Origin: Bacteroidota bacterium
GTDB taxonomy: Bacteria > Bacteroidota > Ignavibacteria > Kapaibacteriales > HRBIN21
Assembly: GCA_030550275.1 (NCBI GenBank)
Contig: JAUQPR010000005.1
Span: forward strand, 19,899 to 83,898
Reading direction: 5' to 3'
Length of the DNA stretch: 64,000 nt
Below, in pieces: positions 28,880-39,814 of the stretch. The notes under the pieces were generated by a model, which saw nothing but the letters and a program-made list of their open reading frames with translations, was not told the origin of the DNA and made no database searches. The translations under genes and the position numbers were made by a program. Position 1 is the stretch's first letter; each line of letters opens with the position of its first letter.

Positions 28880-28975
28880 ATGCCCTGTGGACGCAAGCGC
28901 AAGCGCTACAAGATGAACCGGCACAAGCTCAAGAAGCGGCGCCGGAAGAACCGCCACAAGAAGAAGAAGCGGTAG
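28880..28975 (+). CDS. Tiny basic ribosomal protein bS22-like (31 aa)
   Basis: Hand-translated as MPCGRKRKRYKMNRHKLKKRRRKNRHKKKKR. This matches the bS22 (RpsV/AURKAIP1-like) pattern seen in Bacteroidota and Actinobacteria ribosomes. Absent from the ORF track because it is under 60 aa. Confidence 0.5.
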   Translation: MPCGRKRKRYKMNRHKLKKRRRKNRHKKKKR

Positions 28976-28999
28976 CCCCACCCAGCAGGCTCCGGCACG

Positions 29000-30043
29000 A
29001 TGTGGCGCAAAATCGACATCCACGCCCATATTGTGCCCAAAGATTGGCCTGACCTGCACGCCCGCTACGGCTACGGCGACTTCCTCCGTATCGAACACTA
29101 CGCCCCCGGGCGTGCCCGCATGGTGCGCCGTGACGGCACGGTCTTCCGCGAGCTCTCGGAGAATGCCTGGAATCCCGAACGCATCCTGGAGGACATGGAG
29201 CGCCACGGCGTTGATGCTATGGTGCTCTCGCCCGTTCCGGTGCTCTTCTACTACTGGGCTCGGGCACGCGACGGCTGGGAGTGGTCGCGCTTCCTCAATG
29301 ACCATCTCGCCGAGGTCGTTGCGCGCTTTCCGGGGCGCTTCCTGGCGCTGGGGACGGTGCCACTACAGGACCCCGAACTGGCATGCCAGGAGCTGGAGCG
29401 CTGCATCCGCGAGCTGGGCTTCCCCGGGGTCGAGATCGGCACCAACGTCGCCGGGCTCGAACTCGACGATCCCCGCTTTGCGCCCTTCTTCGCAACTGCG
29501 GAAGCGCTCGGCGCGGCAATCTTCGTGCATCCCTGGAATATGCTCGGGCGCGAACGGCTACAGCGCTACTTCCTGGAATGGCTCGTGGGCATGCCGGCGG
29601 AGACGACCCTGGCCATCTGCACCTTCATCTTCGGTGGGCTTTTCGACCGCTTCCCGCGGCTGCGTGTGCTCTTTGCTCACGGTGGCGGCTCCTTTGCCTT
29701 CACCCTGGGCAGGATCTCGCGCGGCTACACTGCACGCCCGGACCTGTGCAACGTCAACAACGTTGCCGACCCTCGGCGCTACATCGGGCGCTTCTGGGTG
29801 GATGCGATCACGCACGACCCAGACGCCCTGCGCTACCTGCTGCAGGTCTTCGGTCCTGAGCGCGTCATCTACGGCACGGACTACCCATTCCCCTTGGGCG
29901 ACCTCGAGCACGGGCGCATGCTGGAGAGCTTAGAGCTTGCGCCGGAGACCAGAGAACTCATCCTCGCCCACAACGCCATGGAGTTCCTGGGTCTGACGGC
30001 TGACCTCCGCACCACCGATGCCCTCCACCGCACGGCTTCCTGA
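29000..30043 (+). CDS. Amidohydrolase-2 family decarboxylase, ACMSD-like (2-amino-3-carboxymuconate-6-semialdehyde decarboxylase)
   Basis: N-terminal MWRKIDIHAHIVP, …VHPWNM…, …LFAHGGG…, …GTDYPFP…, the ACMSD/amidohydrolase_2 metal-binding pattern. Adjacent to kynureninase. Confidence 0.75.
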   Translation: MWRKIDIHAHIVPKDWPDLHARYGYGDFLRIEHYAPGRARMVRRDGTVFRELSENAWNPERILEDMERHGVDAMVLSPVPVLFYYWARARDGWEWSRFLNDHLAEVVARFPGRFLALGTVPLQDPELACQELERCIRELGFPGVEIGTNVAGLELDDPRFAPFFATAEALGAAIFVHPWNMLGRERLQRYFLEWLVGMPAETTLAICTFIFGGLFDRFPRLRVLFAHGGGSFAFTLGRISRGYTARPDLCNVNNVADPRRYIGRFWVDAITHDPDALRYLLQVFGPERVIYGTDYPFPLGDLEHGRMLESLELAPETRELILAHNAMEFLGLTADLRTTDALHRTAS

Positions 30044-31319
30044 GGAGCTGACCGAAGAATACGCCCGGACACTGGACCAGGCGGATGAACTGGCGCCCTT
30101 CCGCGAGCGCTTTGCCATTCCGCAGCGCAACGGCACTCCAGTGGTCTACCTCTGCGGGCACTCGCTGGGCTTGATGCCCAAGGATGCTCCGGCTGCGATT
30201 GCGCAAGAGCTGGATGCTTGGGCACGGCTGGGCGTCGAAGGGCACTTCCATGCCCCTCGACCATGGTTCTCCTACCACCGCGAGGTGAGCGCGGCGCTGG
30301 CAGAACTGCTCGGCGCCCTGCCGCACGAGGTCGTGGCGATGAACTCGCTCACGGTCAATCTGCACCTGCTGCTGGCAAGCTTCTACCAACCGCGCGGGCA
30401 GCGCCGCAAAATCCTCCTGGAGCACTTTCCCTTCCCTTCAGACCTCTACGTGGCACAGACCCATGTGCGCTGGCACGGGCTCGATCCGCAGGACGTGCTG
30501 GAGCTGCTCGCGCCGCGCCCCGGCGAAGCCACCCTCCGCACCGAGGATACCTGCCGGCGCATCGAAGAGCTGGGCGAGGAGCTGGCGCTGGTCTTCATGA
30601 GCGGCGTCCACTACTACACGGGGCAGCGCTTCGATGTGGAGGCAATTACTGCTGCAGCGCATCGCGCTGGGGCTTTGGCGGGCTTTGACCTGGCACATGC
30701 AATCGGGAACGTAGAGCTCCGGCTCCACGACTGGGAGGTGGACTTCGCTGCGTGGTGCTCGTACAAGTACCTGAACTCGGGTCCGGGCGGCGTCGGCGGC
30801 ATCTTCGTGCATGAGCGGCACGGGCTCGATCCCGGGCGCTTCCGCCTGGGCGGATGGTGGGGTACACCGGAATCCGTGCGCTTCCAGCTCCTGGAGGAGT
30901 TCTCCCCAGCACCGGGCGCGGAGGGCTGGCAGCTCAGCAACGCACCAATTCTGCCGCTGGCGGTCCATCGTGTTGCGCTGCGCCTCTTCCAGGAAGCCGG
31001 ACCCGAACGGCTCTACCGGAAACGGGAGCGCCTGACCGCCTACGCCCAGCGGTGGATCGACTACGTCCGCTCACGCCTGCCAGCAGCTCCGCTGCGTGTG
31101 ATTACGCCACCTCCACCGGAGCGCGGCGCACAGCTCTCGCTCCTGGTCGAACGCGACGGAGGCAAGCTCTACAGCGCACTGCAGGAGGCAAACATCGTGG
31201 TGGATTGGCGCGAACCGAATGTGATTCGACTTGCGCCGGTGCCGCTCTACAACTCCTTTGCCGACCTCTACCGCTTCGGACAGGCGCTGCTCCAGGCAGC
31301 CCACGTGCTCTGGGGATAG
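30018..31319 (+). CDS. kynU: Kynureninase
   Basis: …VVYLCGHSLGLMPK…, …FAAWCSYKYLNSGPGGVGG… with the PLP-lysine. About 430 aa, typical for KynU. Confidence 0.85.
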   Translation: MPSTARLPEELTEEYARTLDQADELAPFRERFAIPQRNGTPVVYLCGHSLGLMPKDAPAAIAQELDAWARLGVEGHFHAPRPWFSYHREVSAALAELLGALPHEVVAMNSLTVNLHLLLASFYQPRGQRRKILLEHFPFPSDLYVAQTHVRWHGLDPQDVLELLAPRPGEATLRTEDTCRRIEELGEELALVFMSGVHYYTGQRFDVEAITAAAHRAGALAGFDLAHAIGNVELRLHDWEVDFAAWCSYKYLNSGPGGVGGIFVHERHGLDPGRFRLGGWWGTPESVRFQLLEEFSPAPGAEGWQLSNAPILPLAVHRVALRLFQEAGPERLYRKRERLTAYAQRWIDYVRSRLPAAPLRVITPPPPERGAQLSLLVERDGGKLYSALQEANIVVDWREPNVIRLAPVPLYNSFADLYRFGQALLQAAHVLWG

Positions 31320-31321
31320 CC

Positions 31322-32110
31322 TCACTCCGCCCACGGCAAACGGTACCGCTCCAGAAAGCGCTGCACAATCGGCTCGGGCGAGGAGAGCAGCTCCTGCGGT
31401 GAACCATCGAAGACGATTCGCCCCTCCTCCAGCAGCGCCACCCGCTGCGCTACGCGGAAGACGGAGACCAGATCGTGCGTAATCACCACCGAGGTCACGC
31501 GCAGCCGCTGCGCAAGCTCGGCGATGAGCTGGTCAATCTGCTCCGAGGTCACCGGGTCTATGCCGCTGGTGGGCTCGTCGTAGAAGAGGTATTCCGGTGC
31601 GCCGACGAGCGCCCGGGCGATGCCGACCCGTTTGCGCATCCCTCCGGAGAGCGCCGAGGGGTACTTCGAGCACAACTGCTCATACTCGCGGCGGAAGAGC
31701 TCCGTGTGCTGCTCCTCCAGCGGAGGCAGCAGCCCAACAGCGCTCAAGGCGCGGCGTGCTTCGGCGTGGAGCAGCTCGCGGTCGCGCACGTCGTGCTCGT
31801 AGAGCGGGAGGACGACGTTTTCGAAGACGGTCAGCGAATCAAACAGCGCCGCCCCTTGGAAGACGTACCCGAAGCGGCGCCGGAGCGCAAACCACTGCGC
31901 TCGCGTGAAGTGCGTTACCTCCTGCCCGTCGATGAGGATGCTGCCCGAATCCGGACGCAACAGCCCCACGATATGCTTGAGCAGCACAGTCTTGCCCGAG
32001 CCCGAACGCCCGATGATGTAGGTCGTCTGCCCCTGGGGAATCTGCAGTGAGACCTCGCGCAGCACCACATGGCTGCCGAAGCGCTTGCTCAGGGCGCGGA
32101 CCTCGATCAT
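31322..32110 (-). CDS. ABC transporter ATP-binding protein, MlaF/Ttg2A-like
   Basis: Walker A GRSGSGKT, signature [15 protein letters not shown], Walker [12 protein letters not shown]. Confidence 0.8.
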   Translation of the reverse strand: MIEVRALSKRFGSHVVLREVSLQIPQGQTTYIIGRSGSGKTVLLKHIVGLLRPDSGSILIDGQEVTHFTRAQWFALRRRFGYVFQGAALFDSLTVFENVVLPLYEHDVRDRELLHAEARRALSAVGLLPPLEEQHTELFRREYEQLCSKYPSALSGGMRKRVGIARALVGAPEYLFYDEPTSGIDPVTSEQIDQLIAELAQRLRVTSVVITHDLVSVFRVAQRVALLEEGRIVFDGSPQELLSSPEPIVQRFLERYRLPWAE

Positions 32111-33897
32111 GAGCCTGCGGCAACGCGAAGCCGTTGGAGTTGCTCCAGCCTGGCTGCCGGGATTGCCGCAATGAGCGTTCGCGTGTACTCGTGGCGCGGG
32201 TTGGCGTACAGCTCATCGGCATCGCCCAGCTCTACAATGCGCCCCTGCTGCATGACGGCGATGCGGTCGCTGATGAACTTGACCACGCTCCAATCGTGCG
32301 TGATGAACAGGTAGGTCAACCCGAACTCCTGGCGCAGCTCCACCAGCAGGTTGAGCACCTGGGCTTGGACGGAGACATCCAGCGCAGAGACCGGCTCATC
32401 GCAGACGATGAAGCGCGGCTGCACCGCGAGCGCGCGGGCAATCCCAATGCGCTGGCGCTGCCCACCGGAGAACTCATGCGGGTAGTGCCAGAAGTGGCGC
32501 CGCTCCAACCCCACACGGTCCAGCAGCCAGAAGACATACTCCCGACGCTGCCGCTCATTGTCGAAGATGCCGTGCACGCGCAGCACCTCCATGAGTGCGC
32601 TGCCGACGGAGAGGCGCGGATTGAGCGACGCGTAGGGGTCCTGGAAGATGATCTGCATCTGGCGCCGCAACGCCTTGAGCTGCGCCCCAGAGAGCGCCCG
32701 CACATCCTGCCCATCGAAGAGCACGCGCCCGCCGGTGGGCTCAATCAAGCGCAGAATTGCTCGCCCGGTTGTGGTCTTCCCCGAACCGGATTCCCCCACC
32801 AGCCCCAGCGTCTCCCCTTGCCGGATCTCAAAGGAGACGCCGTCAACCGCACGGACGTAGCCGCGAATTCGCCCCAACACACCACGCCGAATGGGGAAGT
32901 GCACCTGCAGGTCCTCCACCTGGAGCAGCACTGGGCTCTGGCGCAACTGCTCGCGCCGTTGCTGCTGCTCCTGCGGCGTCACGGTCAACTGCTCAATGTA
33001 CTCGTGCACGCTCACGCGCAGCCGCTCTCGGATAGTGCCATCGGGCAGCTCCTCCATGAAATCACGCACCGTCGGCAGCCGACGCAGCCGGCGGTCCAAC
33101 CGCGGACGGCACGCCAAAAGCCCCTTGGTGTACGGATGCTGGGGCTGTGCAAAGAGCTGCTCTACCGGACCGTACTCGACAATGCGCCCGCGGTACATGA
33201 CGGCGACCTCGTCGGCAATCTCTGCAATCACGCCCAAGTCGTGCGTGATGAAGATGAGCGCCATCTGATGCGCCCGCTGCAACTGGCGCATGAGCTGGAG
33301 GATGGTCGCCTGCACCGTGACATCGAGCGCGGTGGTGGGCTCATCGGCGATGAGGATGTCCGGATTGCAGCTCATCGCCATGGCAATCATGACGCGCTGC
33401 TTCTGCCCGCCGGAGAGCTGGTGCGGATACCGGTCGAGCATGCCCTCCGGATCGGGAAGCCCAACCTCGCGGAACAGCTCGATGGTGCGCTCCCGGGCTT
33501 GCTCGCGCGTCATCCTCCGATGCAGCATCAGCGCCTCCATGACCTGATCCCCGCAGCGGAAGACGGGGTTGAGCGAGGTCATCGGCTCCTGGAAGATCAT
33601 CGCGATGCGGTTGCCGCGGTAGTGGCGCATCTCGCGCTCCGGCAGCGCAAGCAGATTCACCACCGTGCCGTCGCTATGGTGAAAGAGGATCTCGCCCTGC
33701 ACAATCCGCCCCGGCGGGGAGGGCACCAGCCGCATGATGGAGAGCGCCGTAACGGACTTCCCCGAGCCGGACTCGCCCACAATGCCCAGCACACGCCCCC
33801 GCTGCAGTCGAAAGCTCACCCCGTCCACGGCGCGGACGTGATACTGCTCGGTGCGAAACTCCGTGACCAGCTCCCGAACTTCCAACACCAGCGACAT
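32107..33897 (-). CDS. ABC transporter ATP-binding protein with duplicated ATPase domains (DppD/DppF-fusion, YejF-like)
   Basis: Two full ABC cassettes (GESGSGKS twice, LSGGQKQRV / FSGGQRQRI). C-terminal oligopeptide-type extension. Confidence 0.85.
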   Translation of the reverse strand: MSLVLEVRELVTEFRTEQYHVRAVDGVSFRLQRGRVLGIVGESGSGKSVTALSIMRLVPSPPGRIVQGEILFHHSDGTVVNLLALPEREMRHYRGNRIAMIFQEPMTSLNPVFRCGDQVMEALMLHRRMTREQARERTIELFREVGLPDPEGMLDRYPHQLSGGQKQRVMIAMAMSCNPDILIADEPTTALDVTVQATILQLMRQLQRAHQMALIFITHDLGVIAEIADEVAVMYRGRIVEYGPVEQLFAQPQHPYTKGLLACRPRLDRRLRRLPTVRDFMEELPDGTIRERLRVSVHEYIEQLTVTPQEQQQRREQLRQSPVLLQVEDLQVHFPIRRGVLGRIRGYVRAVDGVSFEIRQGETLGLVGESGSGKTTTGRAILRLIEPTGGRVLFDGQDVRALSGAQLKALRRQMQIIFQDPYASLNPRLSVGSALMEVLRVHGIFDNERQRREYVFWLLDRVGLERRHFWHYPHEFSGGQRQRIGIARALAVQPRFIVCDEPVSALDVSVQAQVLNLLVELRQEFGLTYLFITHDWSVVKFISDRIAVMQQGRIVELGDADELYANPRHEYTRTLIAAIPAARLEQLQRLRVAAGS

Positions 33898-33943
33898 CAG
33901 CGCTCCTTGCTGCCGAGTGCAAAGTTATGGAGCCTGCATGCTG

Positions 33944-34480
33944 CTACTTGACCGCTGCACAGGACGCAAGCGGAAGGTAGCGCGATGTGGGGAATTGCCG
34001 ACGGAGCTGCTCGAACACCTGCGCTGCAGCAGCGCTGCGCCCCTGGGCGCAGAGGACATGCCCGTAGCGGAGCAGCGCACGCTCGCGGAGCGCGGGAGCG
34101 ATTGGCTGCTCCAGCAGGCGCTCATAGCCTTGTTGGGCGTCGCGGAGCTCCCCTTGTGCGGCAGCCAGTTCAGCGTGCAGAAACTGCGCCTCCGCTCGGA
34201 TGGAATCGCTTACCCCCGCCACCCGCTGCAGCCGCCCAAGGTACTCCCGTGCACGGGGATAGTTTGCCGCTTGCAGCGCTCGGGAGGCCAGTTCGAGCAG
34301 CTCGGCAGCGGATTCAGCTCCCTGCCGACTTCGCTCCACCACCGTATCGGCAAAGCGCATCGGGGAACGGGCTTCCGGCTCCCGTGCCCGCTCCACAAAC
34401 AGCCCTGGGCGTACCGGTGCAATGTGTACGGTTGCACATCCGCACAGCAGCAGCCACGCCACTGTGCTCCAGCCCTTCAT
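33944..34480 (-). CDS. Hypothetical lipoprotein with TPR-like helices
   Basis: Lipobox LLLCGCAT; helical repeats. Confidence 0.5.
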   Translation of the reverse strand: MKGWSTVAWLLLCGCATVHIAPVRPGLFVERAREPEARSPMRFADTVVERSRQGAESAAELLELASRALQAANYPRAREYLGRLQRVAGVSDSIRAEAQFLHAELAAAQGELRDAQQGYERLLEQPIAPALRERALLRYGHVLCAQGRSAAAAQVFEQLRRQFPTSRYLPLASCAAVK

Positions 34481-35019
34481 CGGAAGTAGTACATCAGCCC
34501 GAACTGCGGCATTGGGAGAATCTGGACGTCATCCCCGTTGGTGTACGCGGTGACTGCCAGCTCCGCACCCAGCGCCAGCATCTCCACCGGGAAGGTCTCA
34601 AAGCCCAGCCCCAGCCCAAAGCGCACAGGCCAGATCGGCTCGGGCTTCTCATCCGTCGTGTGCGAATAGTACCCCAAGCCCGCCAGGAGATAGGTGCGGT
34701 AGGAGGGCGAAATCCCCAAGCGGTACTGCAGCTCGCCTCCCAGGCACCAGAAGCTCATCTTCTGCAGCTTGAGGATGCCGAAGTTGAGTTCCCCACCCCA
34801 CCGCTCCGGTGTTGAAAGGCGGAAGCTTAGCCCAATGCCGCTGAGCCACCCCAACTGCGCACCGGCGCCGTAGTAGACCGCCTGCTGGAAGGGATGGCTC
34901 CACACGCGCGGAGCAGCTGGCTGCTCCTGCGGTGTCTCCAAGCGTTCGCGCGGAATCTGCGCCCACAGGCTCACAGCACACGCTGCGATTGCCGTGAGGA
35001 GCTTGAGTGTCCGCATGGG
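34477..35019 (-). CDS. Small outer-membrane beta-barrel protein
   Basis: Signal peptide MRTLKLLTAIAACAVSLWAQ. Alternating Gly/aromatic strands and a C-terminal …FGLMYYFR aromatic terminus. Confidence 0.5.
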   Translation of the reverse strand, partial: PMRTLKLLTAIAACAVSLWAQIPRERLETPQEQPAAPRVWSHPFQQAVYYGAGAQLGWLSGIGLSFRLSTPERWGGELNFGILKLQKMSFWCLGGELQYRLGISPSYRTYLLAGLGYYSHTTDEKPEPIWPVRFGLGLGFETFPVEMLALGAELAVTAYTNGDDVQILPMPQFGLMYYFR

Positions 35020-35027
35020 TTTCCTCG

Positions 35028-35873
35028 CTATTGGTTCGACTGAGCCCCCTCTGCCGCGTGCGGCTTCCACCACGTGATATCCACGATGTTCTCGCCGCCA
35101 TCGGCACCGATGATAGCACCGTTGATCCAATCGGCTTCTGGGCGCACCAACAGGGAGATGATGCGCGCGACGTCCTCCGGCGTCGTCAGCCGATGGTATG
35201 GATTGCGGGCGATGGCATTTTCGATGAGGATGTCGTTGCCCGGGATGCGGCGCAGGGCGGGGGTATCGGTCACCCCAGCCCGGATAGCGTTGGCAGTGAT
35301 GCCATAGGGTGCAAGCTCCAGCGCAAGCTGCCGAACGTAGGACTCCAGTGCAGCCTTTGCCGCCGAAACCGCCCCGTACATTGGGATGACGCGCTCGCTG
35401 CCCGCGCTGGTCATCGCCAGAATTCGACCGCCGCGCCCCATCAGCCGCTCCCGCACAAGGTCCTGCGTCCAGTACACCAGGCTGTTTGCCATCACGTCCA
35501 GGGTCATCTCCAGCCGCTTCTGCGTGACCACCTCCTGCGGCGGCTCAGCAACGAAGGGGAGCAACGTTCCAAAGGCGAGCGAGTGCAGCAGCACCCGGAC
35601 TGTGGAGCCGGGATACTCGGCGAACTCCTCTTTGAGCGCCGCAATGACCTCCTGACGGCATTGCGGATCGGCAGCGTTGCGGTTGAAGAAGAGCACCCGC
35701 ACATTGTACGACCTGAGCTGCTGCTTGAGCTCCTCCACCTGCGGCAGCGTCGCTGCTCGGTCCAGATGCACCCCCACGATGTGGTAGCCCTGCTGCGCTA
35801 ACTGCAGCGCCGTTGCCTTCCCAAAGCCGCTGGAGGCACCCAAGATCACCGCGTAGAGCCGTTGCCCATCCAT
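35028..35873 (-). CDS. SDR-family enoyl-ACP reductase-like oxidoreductase (FabI/FabL-like)
   Basis: N-terminal GASSGFGKA dinucleotide motif. Y-x6-K motif YGAVSAAK, FabI-type. Confidence 0.7.
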   Translation of the reverse strand: MDGQRLYAVILGASSGFGKATALQLAQQGYHIVGVHLDRAATLPQVEELKQQLRSYNVRVLFFNRNAADPQCRQEVIAALKEEFAEYPGSTVRVLLHSLAFGTLLPFVAEPPQEVVTQKRLEMTLDVMANSLVYWTQDLVRERLMGRGGRILAMTSAGSERVIPMYGAVSAAKAALESYVRQLALELAPYGITANAIRAGVTDTPALRRIPGNDILIENAIARNPYHRLTTPEDVARIISLLVRPEADWINGAIIGADGGENIVDITWWKPHAAEGAQSNQ

Positions 35874-36001
35874 ACAGCACCCTCGGCAGACGCAACAACT
35901 CGAAGCGGTGCAAAGTTATGAAGTGCTCAAGCAACGCCCGCCGGAGGGCACAGTTCGTGTGCTAATTTTGTGCCTTTGGTCCATCCGAGCCATGCCCGGC
36001 A

Positions 36002-38797
36002 ATGGCACAGCGTGCGATTGTGTTGCGTGGGGTCCGCACCCACAACCTGAAGAACATCTCGCTGGAGCTGCCACACAAGCGGCTCATCGTGCTCACCGGT
36101 CCGAGTGGCTCCGGGAAGTCCTCCCTGGCGCTGGATACGCTCTACGCCGAAGGGCAACGGCGCTTTGTGGAATCGCTTTCGGCCTATGCCCGCCAATTCC
36201 TCGAGCGTATGCCCAAGCCCGATGTGGACAGCATCAGCGGGCTTCCACCGGCAATTGCTCTGGAGCAGCGCCCTCCCAAGCGCAATCCCCGCTCCACAGT
36301 GGCGACGCTGACGGAGCTGTACGACTACTTCCGCCTGCTCTACGGTCGCATTGGCAAGACGTACTGCCGGCAGTGTAATCAGCTGGTCCGGCGCTCCTCA
36401 CCGGAGCGGTTTGCCCAGGAGCTGTGGGAGCTGCCTGAAGGGGAGCGCCTGCTCATTGGCTTCCCGATGCCGGAGACGCCTCCGTCGTGGCAGGAGCGGC
36501 TCTCGACACTGCAGGCGCAGGGCTTCTTCCGCTTGCTCCATCGCCCCACGGGTACGCTTGTGCAGCTCCCCGAGGAGTCCCCAGCACCGACTCCCGCCGA
36601 GGAGTGGATGGTGCTCGTGGACCGAATGGTGCTGCACCACGATGAGGAGACCCGCTCCCGGCTGGTGGATTCGCTCGAACAAGCCTTCCGTGCAGGCTCC
36701 GGGCGCGTGCTTGTGCGCCGAGCCACCGGCGAGGAGCTGCGTGCCAGCAGCCGCTACGAATGCCCCGATTGCCTCATCGAGTACGTGGAGCCGGAACCGC
36801 GCCTGTTCTCCTTCAACAGCCCCTTGGGAGCATGTCCAGTGTGCCAGGGCTTCGGGCGCACCATCGGCATCGACCCCGACCTGGTCATCCCCGACAAGCG
36901 GCGCTCCCTGCGCGATGGGGCAATCCATCCCTTTCGGACCCCGCAGGGCGCGCGCCTGTTGAAGCAACTGCTGGAGATTGCCCCGCGCTACGGCATCCCC
37001 ACCGACGTTCCCGTAGCGCAGCTCTCTCAGGAGCACTGGCGCATCATCTGGGAGGGCGCCGATGGCTACATCGGGCTGCGCCGCTTCTTTGCGATGCTGG
37101 AGGAGAATAGCCACAAGGTGCAGGCGCGCGTCTTCCTGAGCCGCTACCGCGCCTACACGCAATGCCCTGCCTGCCAAGGCTCGCGGGTGCGCACCTCCGC
37201 CCGCCGTGTTGCCGTCGGCGGTCTCTTCTTCGATGCACTCCTGCGGATGAGCCTTGCCGAAGCGCTGGAGTGGTTTGAACAGCTCCAGCTTCCGCCGCAC
37301 GAATACGAGATCGTTGCCACAGTGCTGGAGGAGATCCGGCGCCGCCTACGGCTGCTGGTGGATATCGGGCTGGGCTACCTTACGCTGGACCGGCTCTCGC
37401 ACACGCTCTCCGGCGGCGAAGCCCAGCGCATCCAGCTTGCAACGGCGCTGAGCTCGGCACTGGTCGGGACGCTCTACGTGCTGGATGAGCCCAGCATCGG
37501 GCTCCATGCGCGCGATACCGAACGGCTGCTGACCATCCTGCGCCGACTGCGCGATTTGGGCAATACGATCGTGGTGGTCGAGCATGACCCCGACCTCATC
37601 CGCGCTGCCGATTGGGTGGTGGAGCTGGGACCAGGCTCGGGCGAGCACGGTGGATACGTTGTCTTCGCCGGCACGGTCGAGCAGCTCCTGCGCTCGAACA
37701 CGTTGACCGGGGAGTACCTCTCCGGCAGGCGCCGGATTGAGCTCCCCAAGCGTGCCCGCCGCAGCACGGCTCGGCTGCGCATCCGCAAGCCCACCGCGCA
37801 CAACCTCAAGGGTGAGGATGTGGAGTTCCCGCTCGGCTGCATGACCGTCATCACCGGTGTATCGGGCTCGGGCAAGAGCACACTGCTCTACGACGTGCTC
37901 TACGGCAATCTGCGCCGGCTCAAAGGGCTGCCGGTGGAATCCGTCGGCGCCGTCGCCGGCATCGAGGGAGCCGATGCCATCGATTCCGTCGTGCTCATCG
38001 ACCAATCTCCGCCGGGGCGCTCGCTGCGCTCGACTCCGGCAACCTATACCAAGGCGTTCGACCCCATCCGCGAACTCTTCGCCAGCACTGAATACGCCCA
38101 GCGCAAGGGCTGGACGCCGGCGTACTTCTCCTTCAACCTCCCCGGCGGACGGTGCGAGGTCTGCCAGGGCGAGGGCACCATCTGGGTGGAGATGCAGTTC
38201 CTCTCCGATCTGCCGCTGGAGTGCGAGGCTTGCCGCGGCACGCGCTACAAAGCCGAAGTCCTGCAGGCACGCTACCGCGGCAAGAGCATCGTGGATGTGC
38301 TCGCCATGACGGTGGACCAGGCGATGGAGTTCTTCGCCGATTCGCCCAAGGTCCTCGAGCGGCTGCGCCCACTGCAGCAGGTGGGGCTGGGCTACCTCCG
38401 GTTGGGGCACCCCACAACGATGCTCTCCGGCGGCGAGGCACAGCGGCTCAAGCTGGCAGCCTACCTGCACGAGCCCTCCGCCGGGCATACGCTCTTCCTG
38501 CTGGACGAACCCACCACGGGTCTGCATCTGCACGACGTTGCCAAACTGCTGGAAGCCCTCCGTCAGTTGCTGGAGCAAGGGCACACCGTTGTGCTCATCG
38601 AGCACCATCTCCACGTCATCGCCGCAGCGGATTGGATCGTGGACCTGGGTCCGGAGGGTGGAGATGCCGGCGGGCACATCGTGGTCATGGGAACGCCGGA
38701 GCAGGTCGCGCGCCACCCGACCTCCTACACCGGGCAAGCGCTGCGCCGCTTCTTTGCCGAATCCGCCAAGCACACCGATGCCGAACTGGCTGCCTAA
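36002..38797 (+). CDS. uvrA: Excinuclease ABC subunit A
   Basis: 931 aa with two ABC ATPase modules and zinc-finger Cys clusters (CPDC…CPVCQG; CEVCQGEG…CEACRG). Confidence 0.95.
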   Translation: MAQRAIVLRGVRTHNLKNISLELPHKRLIVLTGPSGSGKSSLALDTLYAEGQRRFVESLSAYARQFLERMPKPDVDSISGLPPAIALEQRPPKRNPRSTVATLTELYDYFRLLYGRIGKTYCRQCNQLVRRSSPERFAQELWELPEGERLLIGFPMPETPPSWQERLSTLQAQGFFRLLHRPTGTLVQLPEESPAPTPAEEWMVLVDRMVLHHDEETRSRLVDSLEQAFRAGSGRVLVRRATGEELRASSRYECPDCLIEYVEPEPRLFSFNSPLGACPVCQGFGRTIGIDPDLVIPDKRRSLRDGAIHPFRTPQGARLLKQLLEIAPRYGIPTDVPVAQLSQEHWRIIWEGADGYIGLRRFFAMLEENSHKVQARVFLSRYRAYTQCPACQGSRVRTSARRVAVGGLFFDALLRMSLAEALEWFEQLQLPPHEYEIVATVLEEIRRRLRLLVDIGLGYLTLDRLSHTLSGGEAQRIQLATALSSALVGTLYVLDEPSIGLHARDTERLLTILRRLRDLGNTIVVVEHDPDLIRAADWVVELGPGSGEHGGYVVFAGTVEQLLRSNTLTGEYLSGRRRIELPKRARRSTARLRIRKPTAHNLKGEDVEFPLGCMTVITGVSGSGKSTLLYDVLYGNLRRLKGLPVESVGAVAGIEGADAIDSVVLIDQSPPGRSLRSTPATYTKAFDPIRELFASTEYAQRKGWTPAYFSFNLPGGRCEVCQGEGTIWVEMQFLSDLPLECEACRGTRYKAEVLQARYRGKSIVDVLAMTVDQAMEFFADSPKVLERLRPLQQVGLGYLRLGHPTTMLSGGEAQRLKLAAYLHEPSAGHTLFLLDEPTTGLHLHDVAKLLEALRQLLEQGHTVVLIEHHLHVIAAADWIVDLGPEGGDAGGHIVVMGTPEQVARHPTSYTGQALRRFFAESAKHTDAELAA

Positions 38798-39779
38798 GCT
38801 CGCACCGCGCCATCTCCTGCGCTGGGCGCTGAGCCTGGCACTCCTTGTGGCTTCCTTCTGGGTGGCGTTCCGGCTGACGGATTGGACCGAACTCTGGGCA
38901 ACGCTCCGTCGGGCAGACTACGGCTGGCTCCCTCTGTGCATTGCGCTGATGCTGCTCTCGCACCTGCTGCGGGCGTGGCGATGGCGCGAGCTCCTGCGCC
39001 CGGTTACTGACCGCCCTCCGCGGCTGTGGCATGCCTTCTCAGCACTCATGATCGGCTATGCGGTCAACATGCTGCTTCCGCGCGCTGGGGAGTTGGTGCG
39101 CCCCTATGTGCTCAGCCGGCGGGAACGGCTGCCGATGGCAACGGCGCTTTCGAGCGTCATCGTGGAGCGTACGCTCGATAGCCTCACGTTGCTCCTGCTG
39201 GTGGGCATTGGATTGCCGCTCTTCGCCGACGTTCTGCAGCAGACGCTGGAACGGTTGCAACTGGAGCCGGCAGCGGCGCTTCCGCTCCTGGTCGGGCTGC
39301 TCGCCGTACTCCTTGCCCTGATGAGCCTGCCCCGATGGGCACCCGGACTACTGGCTCGGCTGGGGCAGCATGCCCCCCGAGCTGCCGAACGCCTCCGCCG
39401 GCTTGCCCGCGAGCTCTACGCCGGCGCTGCCCCGCTGCGTTCACCACGGCTGCTCTGGCGCATAGGCGTGCAGACCGCCCTGCTGTGGGTGTGCTACCTG
39501 CTGCCGCTGTACGGGCTCTTCTGGGTCTTCCGACTGGAGCTGACCCTCTGGGATGCGGCGCTTGTCCTGCTGGTCTCCGCGGTCGCAATCGCTGTTGCCC
39601 CGACGCCCTCGGCTGCGGGCATCTACCACGTTGCCGTCCAGGTGGTGCTCATGGAGGCGTTTGCACTGCCGGCAGCGCAGGCGCTGGGCTACGCGCTGGT
39701 GGCACATGCGACAAATACGCTGGTGCAACTCGCGGTCGGAGCCCTGTGCTGGCTGTGGGAGCACGCCGTGCCGCCGTAA
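38778..39779 (+). CDS. Flippase-like / lysyl-PG-synthase TM-domain family membrane protein (UPF0104)
   Basis: ATG at 38778 (MPNWLPKL…) overlaps the uvrA stop by 20 nt. About 8 TM helices with RWRELLRP…, the DUF2156/UPF0104 pattern. Confidence 0.6.
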   Translation: MPNWLPKLAPRHLLRWALSLALLVASFWVAFRLTDWTELWATLRRADYGWLPLCIALMLLSHLLRAWRWRELLRPVTDRPPRLWHAFSALMIGYAVNMLLPRAGELVRPYVLSRRERLPMATALSSVIVERTLDSLTLLLLVGIGLPLFADVLQQTLERLQLEPAAALPLLVGLLAVLLALMSLPRWAPGLLARLGQHAPRAAERLRRLARELYAGAAPLRSPRLLWRIGVQTALLWVCYLLPLYGLFWVFRLELTLWDAALVLLVSAVAIAVAPTPSAAGIYHVAVQVVLMEAFALPAAQALGYALVAHATNTLVQLAVGALCWLWEHAVPP

Positions 39780-39814
39780 TTCGTCTGCGTGCGCAGCAGA
39801 CGACCCCGTACACC

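Noticed and set aside
32134-33951. 605-aa plus-strand ORF antisense to the double-ATPase ABC gene
   Set aside because: The antisense frame is open only because of GC richness, with no motifs. The minus-strand gene has two complete ABC cassettes.
37346-38773. 475-aa minus-strand ORF antisense to uvrA
   Set aside because: uvrA is unambiguous; the antisense ORF has no recognisable features.
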